A DNA stretch of 64,000 nucleotides from a bacterium (GTDB taxonomy: Bacteria > Hinthialibacterota > Hinthialibacteria > Hinthialibacterales > Hinthialibacteraceae): NCBI GenBank assembly GCA_963662285.2, contig CAXXMV010000008.1:1568001-1632000 (forward strand). Reading direction: 5' to 3'. A program made the translations under genes and the position numbers. Every line of letters starts with the position of its first letter. Position 1 is the first letter of the stretch. Positions 53,249-62,775 of the stretch are shown here, piece by piece. The notes below the pieces were generated by a model. That model was not told the DNA's origin, did not search any database, and saw only the letters and a program-made list of their open reading frames with translations.

Positions 53249-55016
53249 TTATGATGAATCGGCAAAAAGTAGATGAAAGACGAAACTCATTCTACATCTT
53301 GTATATAATTCTTATGAAAATACACTAAGTATTGTGGTCATGAAAATCAATTTAACTTTTTACCGTTTCGTCATCAATATTTAGGGTGTCAATATCAGCC
53401 GACGTTTAATTTTGATTTGACTTATGTATTAGAACTTATTGAATATTACAAACACTAAAAACTAAAATATAAGTAAATAATCTTATTTTAGCGATTTAGT
53501 GGTCTTATCGATATATAAAAGTTTTGTGGAAATTCAATTTGTTGATTTCTTGATAAACGCTAAGTGAATAACTTTGCGTCCATCAACTTTTGTTTTAGGA
53601 TTGTAAGTCAACAAAATATTTTTCAATTCAGATATATTTTTATATGCAAATTCATTTGTTGAAAACGTAATCTTAAGTTTTGAATGATCATATCCCATCA
53701 TTTCAGATAATTCATGTAATCTTTGCCTGTAACTTTCAACAAAATCTTTACTATCGGTGCTTGTAATTGGTTTAGAAGCAGTAATCAGTTCGATAGGAAT
53801 TAAATAAGTTAAATGGGTTGCATCAGAATTATAAAAGGATTCATTGATGCTTACAATCATTCGAGCAAAACATAAATTAAGCCATCCTCCAGCGAGAATG
53901 ATTTTTTTAGTAAATTCTCTTTTGTTCGAGAAGTGGAACATCCCGCCGGTAGCAATATGAATATCTGAATTGCCTAGAGAATCTAATATAATACCTTTAA
54001 TGGGATTCCAAAATAGTGATTTTTCATCCACTGGTGCGTGTTCAATCAGATTAAGAGGATAGCCGGGAGCTTCAAAAAAAATGTGCTTATTTAGTTTCTC
54101 TTCATTCAAGAAAGGTATAAATGATTTACCTAATTCCTCATTCATGTACAAGTTATGAGGATGCACTAAAAGGAAATAGGGATATTTATCATTAAGTGGA
54201 AATTTCTTTGATGGTAGTGGAAAAAAACTGAGTTCAATACTATGACTATCGCAAATGCTTATTTCCATAATTGCATTATCTTTTGATTTCAAATTGTCCT
54301 TTTGATTGATTATTTTCGCTTTCTGTTTCACTGCATAAGAATAATAAAACCAAGGATGTGGTTGTAACTGTTTTATTGCTTGCTCAGCAGAAGGAAGAAC
54401 AATGTTTAACACTATATCGAAATCATCTATCTGAAAACTAGTAGACAAATTTTCATCCAATGACCAAATATCAAAGTATAACTTATCATTTTCAGTCCTA
54501 ATTCTACTAATGCCCAAATTATTGATATTCTCTGCATACAGAGAGTCTATCTTTTTAATCTCTTGGTCAGTTAAAGAGAAGATATGAGAATTAAAAAATA
54601 TGTTTAATGTAGTGAAAATGGAGAGAATTAATATTCTATTGATTCTCATAATATTGTCTTTTCCTTTTTTCTACCTGAGATTTCTCACATAAGATGAGAT
54701 TCGAAACTTTTTTCAGATGAATTGGTCGATTTTCCCATAATGTCCGGTTCTTGTCAACAATTATTTGATCAATGTTGATTAAATTCAAAACACGAATGTA
54801 GGGATTATTACTGCCAACAACTAATTTTCGAATCTATCTGAGAAATCCGGTTATTCACCAACAACAAGCCTAAACAGTTATCATTATTCAATAACTAAAA
54901 CTGATATTTATGACGAAACGGAAAAAAATAAAAAAACAGATTCCATGACAACAGTACTTAGTGGATATTTATAAGAGTTTCATCTTTCATCCACTTTTTA
55001 CCGACTCATCATCAAT
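53247..55016. repeat. Imperfect inverted repeat pair, 53247-53384 and 54901-55016
   Basis: Colinear blocks atgacgaaacgg, catgac.aca.tacttagtg, ataag and gagtttc.tctttcatc.acttttt.ccga.tcatcat in opposite orientations. Confidence 0.8.
53534..54649 (-). CDS. AT-rich hypothetical secreted protein
   Basis: 371-aa ORF with signal-peptide-like N-terminus; no family recognised. Confidence 0.65.
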   Translation of the reverse strand: MRINRILILSIFTTLNIFFNSHIFSLTDQEIKKIDSLYAENINNLGISRIRTENDKLYFDIWSLDENLSTSFQIDDFDIVLNIVLPSAEQAIKQLQPHPWFYYSYAVKQKAKIINQKDNLKSKDNAIMEISICDSHSIELSFFPLPSKKFPLNDKYPYFLLVHPHNLYMNEELGKSFIPFLNEEKLNKHIFFEAPGYPLNLIEHAPVDEKSLFWNPIKGIILDSLGNSDIHIATGGMFHFSNKREFTKKIILAGGWLNLCFARMIVSINESFYNSDATHLTYLIPIELITASKPITSTDSKDFVESYRQRLHELSEMMGYDHSKLKITFSTNEFAYKNISELKNILLTYNPKTKVDGRKVIHLAFIKKSTN

Positions 55017-55045
55017 CAATATATTTATGCCAATCGCTCAAGCAA

Positions 55046-55411
55046 TTATTTTTTAATAAGTAATCCGCTTTGCAAATCTTGCGGGCGGATCGGATGTTGA
55101 TATTCCTTGCCCGTCTTCTTTGGTGGAGTGAACGATAAGACGGATTCAATATCTGGTTTAGCGACGGGTTTAGAACTGACTATTTTTTTGAGGTTTTCAA
55201 TTTTTGCGATAGTTTTGTCTCCCTGTTTTGAAATGCTTTTGATGAATGTCATGCGGGTTTTTATGGAAGAGCAAAAGAATTTAAACAGTGTAATTGATGC
55301 GTGACTGTTGATATCAAAGGTTTTAGAGAGAACATCCGCGATTTTGGCAATGCAGTGTTCCAACGTTGAAAGAACTTTCCGGTCTAATTGGTTTGTTATT
55401 GCAGCGTCCAT
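55046..55411 (-). CDS. Hypothetical protein
   Basis: AAAGGAG RBS and upstream sigma54 motif. Confidence 0.6.
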   Translation of the reverse strand: MDAAITNQLDRKVLSTLEHCIAKIADVLSKTFDINSHASITLFKFFCSSIKTRMTFIKSISKQGDKTIAKIENLKKIVSSKPVAKPDIESVLSFTPPKKTGKEYQHPIRPQDLQSGLLIKK

Positions 55412-55458
55412 GATTTTTCTCCTTTTCCGAATTGGATATGCAGATACATACGTAATAT

Positions 55459-55475
55459 GGCAAGAATCATGCCAA
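55459..55475 (-). promoter_or_regulatory. sigma54 promoter
   Basis: TTGGCATGATTCTTGCC, GG-N10-GC spacing. Confidence 0.65.
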
Positions 55476-55505
55476 AAGATGAACGCCTGTTCAGTTTGGG
55501 GTGAA

Positions 55506-55620
55506 TTTTGTCTGAATCTGGATTTGCAGGATATTTCGGATTATCAGGATTTAATATTATTCGTTGGCAACATGGATCAACAATCCACTATTTATAATCC
55601 TGATAATTCTTGGTTTTAGA
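55506..55620. repeat. Repeat family D doublet
   Basis: ttttgtctgaatctggat..attatcaggatt with inverted partner aatcctgataat. Confidence 0.6.
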
Positions 55621-55677
55621 TTGGCTGGTAAGCAGGTCTTCAAAATTCCAGAGAGATAATTTTCCTCTTTTATCTAG

Positions 55678-55725
55678 AATCATCATCTCTTCTTCGGCTT
55701 CAGGGTGAAAGCGAATTGGTTTCAT
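55678..55725 (-). pseudogene. Stub of a ParE/RelE toxin
   Basis: MKPIRFHPEAEEEM coupled to the antitoxin stop (TAATG), then diverges. Confidence 0.6.
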
Positions 55726-55952
55726 TATAATGACTTGGAGGCCTTGCTAAAAACTGCTTCCGCATCCCGGAGTTGGGTCAATCCTTGATCAATTTCCTCG
55801 CAACGTTTGCGAATCGTGGCTTTCCACTCGGGTGATAATGATTTTGAGGGTTCGACATCAAGGCTCTCGATCAGTTTTTCAGCGATAAAGGCGCGCATGG
55901 CGGGAGGTAACTCGAGCGCATCCAAAACGATCTTTTCGGCATCTGCGTTCAT
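55725..55952 (-). CDS. Addiction module antitoxin (TIGR02574-like)
   Basis: ALELPPAMRAFIAEKLIESLD..W...IRKR. Confidence 0.85.
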   Translation of the reverse strand: MNADAEKIVLDALELPPAMRAFIAEKLIESLDVEPSKSLSPEWKATIRKRCEEIDQGLTQLRDAEAVFSKASKSL

Positions 55953-56053
55953 TGGATTGATTCATCTCCTTGTCGTTTGAGAGTTGATTTTTCTGGTTCA
56001 TATTATAGCATATAGCGGTTAACAAAAATATATGCGTATTGAAAACTCTGTAT

Positions 56054-56089
56054 TTGTTAAAAGTCCCATCTTTTGGGGACTTTTAACAA
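56054..56089. terminator. Hairpin terminator
   Basis: ttgttaaaagtccc..gggacttttaacaa. Confidence 0.55.
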
Positions 56090-56161
56090 CCGCATCAACG
56101 CACGTTATTCTGAGAATCGCTCTAGAATAAGCATCTTATTTCCTTAACCAAAAGTGGCTTT

Positions 56162-56656
56162 GGTGGGCTACGCTTCGCTTTTAGCCCACCCTACCCGGTG
56201 CATCATCAAGCCTGCTTTGCTTCATCTTTATTGGTGTAAATGAAATAGAGGTTGCGGAAGTAGATCAGGCAATTGAAGAGGTAACCGAAGATGAAGACCG
56301 GGTCGGCGCGGTGGATGGCGTAGGCCAGGGTCAGCAGGCATCCAATGATACTGAGATACCAGAAGGCGATGGGGATTATGCTTTTCTTGGCAATCTCGCT
56401 GGCGATCCATTGCACAATAAAGCGGGATGCAAAGACCGCTTGCCCCAGAAAACCTATCGCCATCCAAATGGTGAAGCCCTGTGATAATATCTCGTTCCAT
56501 TTGTCCGCCATGATTTATATCAACCTTTATATACGTTTTTGTCTATATTAGAATCGTCTTCAACCTATGATGGCTTTGCAAGATAATGGATCAAGGGTTT
56601 TAGGATAGACGTTGATGAATCTTGGTGGGCTACGCTTCGCTTTTAGCCCACCCTAC
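56162..56656. repeat. Two identical 33-bp family A REPs (56162-56194 and 56624-56656) in direct orientation
   Basis: ggtgggctacgcttcgcttttagcccaccctac occurs twice. Confidence 0.85.
56206..56511 (-). CDS. Lipid A biosynthesis N-terminal domain (LAB_N) membrane protein
   Basis: GFLGQAVFASRFIVQWIASE..SIIPIAFWYLS..DPVFI..YFRNL. Confidence 0.9.
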   Translation of the reverse strand: MADKWNEILSQGFTIWMAIGFLGQAVFASRFIVQWIASEIAKKSIIPIAFWYLSIIGCLLTLAYAIHRADPVFIFGYLFNCLIYFRNLYFIYTNKDEAKQA

Positions 56657-56679
56657 GCACTACATTCTGGAGATTAATT

Positions 56680-57351
56680 ATGGAAGAGAAGAATTTCTTC
56701 TCAACGTTAAATGATCGCACCCTTAAAATTCTAAATAAACGCCCGGTTTTATGCCATACTCTTTTAGTTCCTGCTTGCCTGCTATTCTTCGTAACCCTGG
56801 TTGCTTATGATGCGCCTCCCCTCGGATATCCTGTCTTCACCTCTTTTATCTATATGGGAAATTCTCTGCCAGAATCTTTATTGAGAGAATTTTTTAGGTT
56901 TCTTCAATTATTCACCGCACGGTTCATTCCACCATCAGGAATGGCGTCGTATCAATTTATTTGTCATGGCGTTCCAAATTTATTCATGTTTTTGTCAATT
57001 TTGATTCCTCAATTGTTGCTTTGGGCGTATCGTACAAGAAGAAAAATACTTGCGCTCTTTATTCTTGCCATAGTTGTACTCGATATTACGGTCATATACG
57101 CCAATGGTTATTATTCAGTAGTGTGTTTTAATTGCGTCATGAAATTGGCAGGAAACCAAACTATATCTGAAGAGGAACTATACCTGCAATGCGGCCGTCC
57201 TTTATACACCACGCAAGTTATATTGAATAATGAGGAAAGAACTAAAGAGGTATGGGGATACTATACCAATGGCTTTTCGGCGAAGCATGTTGTGTATAAA
57301 GATGACGGGATGGTCTTTGTAATTGGTCCAACATATCTATGGTTGGATTGA
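56680..57351 (+). CDS. Hypothetical membrane protein
   Basis: GGAG RBS, three hydrophobic segments. Confidence 0.6.
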   Translation: MEEKNFFSTLNDRTLKILNKRPVLCHTLLVPACLLFFVTLVAYDAPPLGYPVFTSFIYMGNSLPESLLREFFRFLQLFTARFIPPSGMASYQFICHGVPNLFMFLSILIPQLLLWAYRTRRKILALFILAIVVLDITVIYANGYYSVVCFNCVMKLAGNQTISEEELYLQCGRPLYTTQVILNNEERTKEVWGYYTNGFSAKHVVYKDDGMVFVIGPTYLWLD

Positions 57352-57377
57352 TGGATTTTGATTGGTTAAGGTTTTTT

Positions 57378-57526
57378 GCAAACAACCCCCTCTTGAATTC
57401 TCCCCCAAGCTTGGGGGAGAGGGATTTTGAGATATAACCAGTTATATTGTTTTGGCTTAGTATACAAAATACTGTGTTCAAACATTCCTCTCCCAGGATT
57501 GGGAGAGGTTAGGAGAGGGTTGATAA
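57378..57526. mobile_element. MITE/REPIN family C, second copy
   Basis: Homologous end to end with 42832-42979. Confidence 0.75.
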
Positions 57527-57582
57527 TAACAACCCTCGCAGAGGAATCACTGGCGATATTAGAGTCACCTCTAGGGTGAAAA

Positions 57583-59100
57583 TTAATACAACATATAATC
57601 CCGGATGGCTGTCACCACTGGATCGGATGTTACAATGTAAACGGCGGTGGGATTATCATCACTCTCGCTGGCCAGAATCAGAATTTCTTCATCGCCGTCT
57701 TGATTCAAATCACCTAGCACATCTATTGAAGCAGCGAACATGTTTCCACTCTGACGTCCATAAAAGATGGGTGAGGCTATCTGGGTGATATCATCCACAA
57801 CGGCTGGAATATTAATCTGATCATTGGCGAGCAAATGCAGCGCTCCGGTTGCCGCTCCATCATTGAACGGCGCAATGGCGAATGGCGCTCCAAGCAATAA
57901 TCCATGCCTGGAACATGCCATGGTCTGACCTAATTCGCTATTATCGAAAGCTGAAGTTATCAGGGTGGTCAGTTCCAGGTTATCGGGCGTGATCTCTATT
58001 TGTTTGGAACCGCCTTCCGGCATTGAGATAACCGCCACGGTTCCGGTAGCCGATCTAACCGATGGAAGCGATCCCCGTGGAAAACCGCAGATTAACTCTG
58101 CAAATCCATCGCCATTAACATCGCAACCAACCATTGAACTTATTTTATGCATACTGGCGTTATCAAACAAACGCAGCGTCAGGTCAATTGTTTCACTGGA
58201 CATTTGATCCGCTAGCTGGATGCCGGGCATAAATGCGGCGCCGGGAATTATAGAGATCGAAACGCTGGCCGGATCAGTGTCAATCCGGGTTATCAGAGCA
58301 ATATCGTCCACTCCATTTTTGGTGAAATCTCCAATCGATTCAAATGCTGTTGCATATCCGGCGAAAGTATTAGTCTGTTCAGGATTGATGTTGTTAAATA
58401 TTGTCGCTGAATACGCCATATCAAGATTAAGAGTGCTGATAATGCGTTCCGGGTATTCGATCCTTCCAAAGATAACATAAGCTGCGCCTAATAAAAGATT
58501 ATCTTCCAGGTCTAAACGCGCAAAGAGCGGGCTGGGGATAAGTATATCGGCTGATGCATCTGAGTTGATGTAGCCGCCATTACCTAAATAAGCGCCCAGG
58601 TTTTCTCCCGGAGTTCCTTCGATAATCAATAAAAACTGGCTTTCGAGACTTGTGGATACTGATTGGATGCCGAAACCGCCTTTTAAGACATATATCCGGC
58701 CTCCACTGCCATCGAATGGCGCTCCAATCACCAGATCGGCCTTGCCATCACGGTTAATGTCTCCCGGAGCGGCGATGGACGTCCCGAAGCCCGATCCATG
58801 ATTGCCTTGAATGACAAAACCGTATGGTAATGTTGAAGATAGATTTACTACCTTGGGGTAGGTGCGTTTTCCGTAAATAACATAAACTTTATCGGCGACC
58901 GGAGCGGTAATGGCGAAATCAGGCAGTCCGTCTCCGTTGATATCTCCAATGGTTTTCACTTCGCTGCCCAGCGCGCCATTTATCGAATCGCCGGTAATGC
59001 GTATGGTTCCTTCTGGAAGATTATTCATATCCACCAGCTGGGCGGATGCAAATGTGCAGCCAATTCCTGTCAATAAAAGCAGTTGCAAAAATCTTTTCAT
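57583..59100 (-). CDS. FG-GAP/integrin-alpha-like beta-propeller protein with a C-terminal DYMLY tail
   Basis: GDINGDGLPDFAITAP, GDINRDGKADLVIGAP and further repeats; start at MKRFLQ (signal peptide). Confidence 0.88.
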   Translation of the reverse strand: MKRFLQLLLLTGIGCTFASAQLVDMNNLPEGTIRITGDSINGALGSEVKTIGDINGDGLPDFAITAPVADKVYVIYGKRTYPKVVNLSSTLPYGFVIQGNHGSGFGTSIAAPGDINRDGKADLVIGAPFDGSGGRIYVLKGGFGIQSVSTSLESQFLLIIEGTPGENLGAYLGNGGYINSDASADILIPSPLFARLDLEDNLLLGAAYVIFGRIEYPERIISTLNLDMAYSATIFNNINPEQTNTFAGYATAFESIGDFTKNGVDDIALITRIDTDPASVSISIIPGAAFMPGIQLADQMSSETIDLTLRLFDNASMHKISSMVGCDVNGDGFAELICGFPRGSLPSVRSATGTVAVISMPEGGSKQIEITPDNLELTTLITSAFDNSELGQTMACSRHGLLLGAPFAIAPFNDGAATGALHLLANDQINIPAVVDDITQIASPIFYGRQSGNMFAASIDVLGDLNQDGDEEILILASESDDNPTAVYIVTSDPVVTAIRDYMLY

Positions 59101-59217
59101 TACTGTTTCCTTTCGAGCCTGCAATAAAACGGTATCATAATAGTTAGAAGATGTCCTATAAGTATTTATAATCGTACAAAACAGCCGCAATCGGTAATTC
59201 TACCTATTTTTAGGAAA

Positions 59218-59925
59218 ATGATGCAGTACCTTGAAAACAAAACCATATTAATCGCATCCGGGCCGACTTTCGCCCCCATAGATGCGGTGCGTTCTTTGAC
59301 CAATCGTTCCACCGGGCGTTTGGGCAGCGTCATCGCTTATACCTTGATGAAACGCGGCGCCAAGGTCCGATTTCTTGCAGGAGAAACCAGCCTGACCCCC
59401 GCCTTGCTCTATCCCGGAGAGAATATGTCCCGTATTGAGCAAGAGAGCTTCACCACCGTTCCACAATTAAAAGAGTGCATTCAGCGCAATTTATCCCGGT
59501 ATCCAATCGATGCGGTATTGATGGCGGCGGCGGTTTTGGATTATATCCCGGTCGATGTGCAACAAGGTAAGCAACGGTCTGATCGGGATGAATGGACTAT
59601 CCGTCTGCAACGCGGCGAGAAAATCATCGAAAGCATCCGCCAATGGTCGCCCGGCGTTTTTCTGGTGGGATTCAAACTGGAAGCGCAAATCTCTTTGGAT
59701 GATCTGACCGGGCGGGCGGCTGATCTGATGCAGCGCTCCAAAGCCGGATTGGTGGTAGCCAACCGGGTGGAAGATATCGGGGGCGAACAGCACGTCGCTT
59801 ATCTTATCGACCAAGATCAAGCAAGTGGAAATTACCGCGCTTCATCACCATTATTGACCCGTGAAGCCATTGCTGAGGGATTGGCTGATAAATTAGAGCA
59901 TTATTTCGCATCTCAACCAAAATAA
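59218..59925 (+). CDS. coaB: Phosphopantothenate-cysteine ligase (standalone)
   Basis: SGPTFAPIDAVRSLTNRSTGRLG, AAAVLDY, VGFKLE, VVAN motifs. Confidence 0.85.
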   Translation: MMQYLENKTILIASGPTFAPIDAVRSLTNRSTGRLGSVIAYTLMKRGAKVRFLAGETSLTPALLYPGENMSRIEQESFTTVPQLKECIQRNLSRYPIDAVLMAAAVLDYIPVDVQQGKQRSDRDEWTIRLQRGEKIIESIRQWSPGVFLVGFKLEAQISLDDLTGRAADLMQRSKAGLVVANRVEDIGGEQHVAYLIDQDQASGNYRASSPLLTREAIAEGLADKLEHYFASQPK

Positions 59926-59940
59926 TTGCGGAGGAAAATC

Positions 59941-60489
59941 ATGGCGCTGAAAGATAAAAAGATACTGCTTGGAGTAACCGGAGGCATCGCAGCCTATAAA
60001 GCAGCCTACCTGATCCGCTTGCTTAAAAAAGAACAGGCCGATGTCCACGTAATCATGACGAAAAGCGCACAAAATTTCATCACTCCCCTGACTCTGGGAA
60101 TCCTCTCTGAAAATCCCGTGGCGACCGAAATGTTCGACGCTGCCTCACGCAATGAAGTGCGTCATATATCATGGGCGGATTGGGCTGAATTGGCGCTGAT
60201 TGCTCCAGCCACCGCCAATATCATCGGTAAATCGGCTAATGGAATCGCTGACGATATGCTATCCAGCATCATCCTGGCTCTGCAATGCCCGGTAGTTTTC
60301 GCGCCAGCCATGCATCATCAGATGTGGACGCATCCAGCCGTCCAGCGCAACATCGAAACGCTCAAAGGCTTCGGTTATAAAATCATTGAACCGGACGCGG
60401 GAGAACTCGCTTCAGGAGACATTGGCGTAGGCCGCATGCAGGAACCGGAAACTATCGTTGAATTTATCAAGCAATTATATAGCAGTTAG
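59941..60489 (+). CDS. coaC: Phosphopantothenoylcysteine decarboxylase (standalone flavoprotein)
   Basis: GVTGGIAAYK, HI, APATANIIGK, APAMH, GELASGDIGVGRM motifs. Confidence 0.88.
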   Translation: MALKDKKILLGVTGGIAAYKAAYLIRLLKKEQADVHVIMTKSAQNFITPLTLGILSENPVATEMFDAASRNEVRHISWADWAELALIAPATANIIGKSANGIADDMLSSIILALQCPVVFAPAMHHQMWTHPAVQRNIETLKGFGYKIIEPDAGELASGDIGVGRMQEPETIVEFIKQLYSS

Positions 60490-60639
60490 CGAGTAGTTAT
60501 TAATCCAAATCATCTCTCTTGCCGATGAACTTCGGCGGGAGGCAAGAAAAAGGCTAAGCCAGTTATATTCCATGCAACTTGACCCCGCATTATCCTTCAC
60601 ATATACTTGAGTAATCAAATACATGTGAAGGATAATAAC

Positions 60640-61071
60640 ATGCACCAACTCACGCTCCAAGCAAGATTTTGTATGAATTACACAGCAGTTCACACAAAAA
60701 TATCAAAAATGATAGATATTCAATTAAGCCTCCATGGAATCAGTTTTACAGAATTCATGATCCTTTTTCATTTAGATCAAGCCATAGAAAAAAAAATGAG
60801 GCGGATTGATTTAGCTGAAAAAATTGGACTCTCAGCATCCGGCATCACTCGATTGGTGGCGCCCATGGAAAAAATCGGGCTGGTTCATAAAGAAAGTAAT
60901 AAACGTGATGCAAGGGTGAGTTTAGTCAAACTATCCTCTGCCGGAAAAAGAATTATTCAAGAATCAACTGTCAGTTTTAATACAACTGCACAGGATATTC
61001 TTGCCGATTTAGAAGAAAGCAGCATCAGTGATATGTTAAATTCACTCAAGATTCTTGGTGGGAATATTTAA
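60640..61071 (+). CDS. MarR family regulator
   Basis: MRRIDLAEKIGLSASGITRLVAPMEKIGLV..RDAR. Confidence 0.88.
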   Translation: MHQLTLQARFCMNYTAVHTKISKMIDIQLSLHGISFTEFMILFHLDQAIEKKMRRIDLAEKIGLSASGITRLVAPMEKIGLVHKESNKRDARVSLVKLSSAGKRIIQESTVSFNTTAQDILADLEESSISDMLNSLKILGGNI

Positions 61072-61091
61072 TAGCGCATAGGGTGGATGGA

Positions 61092-61445
61092 TCAATTTTT
61101 AACGAGTTGGCTCTGGCGTGGGTGTATGCAACAGGAAATTTCCGCATGTTCTTTTTGTTTAGGATGAACCGAAATCTCCACATCCTGGTCGAGAGCGGTT
61201 AGGAATTCCATCAAGCGGCCTAGCGAAAAGTTGCCTGAACGGTTTCTCATCAGGGCGGAAACGTGAGGCTGTTTAATTCCAAGAACCTTGCCTGCTTCAA
61301 TTTGCGTAAGGCTGCGTTCTTTTATGATGTTATGAATTTGCAGCGTCAAATTTGCTTTAATCAACTCCTGCTCTGGATTAGCAAAACCCAAGTCAGCAAA
61401 GATATTACCGTTGCTTTCTTCAATTTGTACTGCTTCTTTCGTCAT
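61092..61445 (-). CDS. XRE/HigA-like antitoxin (HTH_37)
   Basis: SNGNIFADLG, LTQIEAGKVLGIKQPHVSAL, FSLGRLMEFL motifs. Confidence 0.88.
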   Translation of the reverse strand: MTKEAVQIEESNGNIFADLGFANPEQELIKANLTLQIHNIIKERSLTQIEAGKVLGIKQPHVSALMRNRSGNFSLGRLMEFLTALDQDVEISVHPKQKEHAEISCCIHPRQSQLVKN

Positions 61446-61644
61446 TTCAATTCTGCCTTCTTTTTGTAGTCTTCTTTGGCTTCGGACTTTTCTTCATTAA
61501 AGGGACTCGGCCTACTGAACATTTCTTTTACTGCCGGGAGGATTTTCGGTGGAGCGTCTAAGGCATCACAAAACTCTTCCCATTTTTCTGGTGATAAGAC
61601 AAACTTGGTTTGTCGATTTCCTTGGAATTATCCATATTAGACAT
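61442..61644 (-). pseudogene. Frameshifted DUF1778/TacA-like antitoxin C-terminal fragment
   Basis: Manual translation FVLSPEKWEEFCDALDAPPKILPAVKEMFSRPSPF; joins ATG 61644 if one base is restored; stop overlaps the HigA ATG. Confidence 0.55.
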
Positions 61645-61786
61645 GATGTTACATCCTCTGATTCATTTTTCTTTATTAGTATACCAAGATATGATCCCAT
61701 TGAGCTATCTGTAATCGCTTGCTCACCAGATCGATGCCTTCTCAATAAACAGTTTATAATATAAGTCCAAGAAATTCAAAAATTTC

Positions 61787-62641
61787 TTGACTGTTAAGAA
61801 AATACTTTATAAACTTTGGAAATCAGTGGATGATTTATTCGGATACAAAGAGTTGATAACGGGTGGGGATATGACAGATATATTCAATAGTTGGAGAAAA
61901 AGGATAGAGGGTGATGGCCCAATTGAAAAACATATATTACTTTTAAAATTGAAAGATATTTTAGAAAACTCACCTGATTTTGGTGTAAGATCAAATTTCG
62001 ATTCTTCTTCACCTCAAAGGCAATGGTTATCACAAGTTAAGGCTCTTTTATCTCGTTTAGGATTCGAAAACAAAATGAAATTTGAATCATCTTTTAATTC
62101 TCTTCCACATTCATGGAAATATGCGATTATTCGAATACAAGGGCAAGTCTTAGATGCTATTGAAGAAATTAAACTTGATTTGGAGTTAGATGATCGTAGC
62201 GAAATCGGTAGTGCTTATGCTCCAGGTGATGTCTATAGGTTTTATGCTGATCTCAAAGAAATTATTAATTCTGCTAAAAGCCAGATCATGATAGTTGACC
62301 CATATTTCGATGGGGTTGCTTTTAAAGATTATCTTTCAACTATCAATTGTGATATTAATATTCAAATTCTTGCTAATAGATATTCAAAGGATATTAATTC
62401 TTATGTAAGCAAGCATCAGGATCAATATAGTACAGACATATATATTAGAAAAAGCAAAGAACTACATGATCGTATTATATTTATTGATGATGATATTGCA
62501 TGGATAATTGGCGGCTCAATCAAAGATGCAGGTAAAAAAGCCACATACCTTATCCCTTTGCAGCCATCATTATCTGTTAAGAAAAAAGAAATATATGCTG
62601 AAATTTGGCAGAGAGCACAACCTGTTGAAGCAGATGCCTAA
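61787..62641 (+). CDS. Hypothetical protein with C-terminal PLD-like (HDR variant) nuclease domain
   Basis: IMIVDPYF...LHDRIIFIDD..WIIGGSIKDAGKK; AT-rich; start may be ATG 61871. Confidence 0.65.
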   Translation: MTVKKILYKLWKSVDDLFGYKELITGGDMTDIFNSWRKRIEGDGPIEKHILLLKLKDILENSPDFGVRSNFDSSSPQRQWLSQVKALLSRLGFENKMKFESSFNSLPHSWKYAIIRIQGQVLDAIEEIKLDLELDDRSEIGSAYAPGDVYRFYADLKEIINSAKSQIMIVDPYFDGVAFKDYLSTINCDINIQILANRYSKDINSYVSKHQDQYSTDIYIRKSKELHDRIIFIDDDIAWIIGGSIKDAGKKATYLIPLQPSLSVKKKEIYAEIWQRAQPVEADA

Positions 62642-62775
62642 TAAAACAATAATTATGATAAGCGGATCGAGTGCAAGGCGAAGCCAGCCCTTGAAGAATG
62701 CATAAAATAGAAAGTTATAATATCATAGTCTGACCGTTTGTTGGTCTTGCCCTTGATGACCATGCGCCTATTGGA

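Noticed and set aside
62635-62770. Possible integron attC after the PLD-like gene (gcctaat)
   Set aside because: No RYYYAAC/GTTRRRY pair or L boxes, and no integrase. The region fits degenerate family B REPs better.
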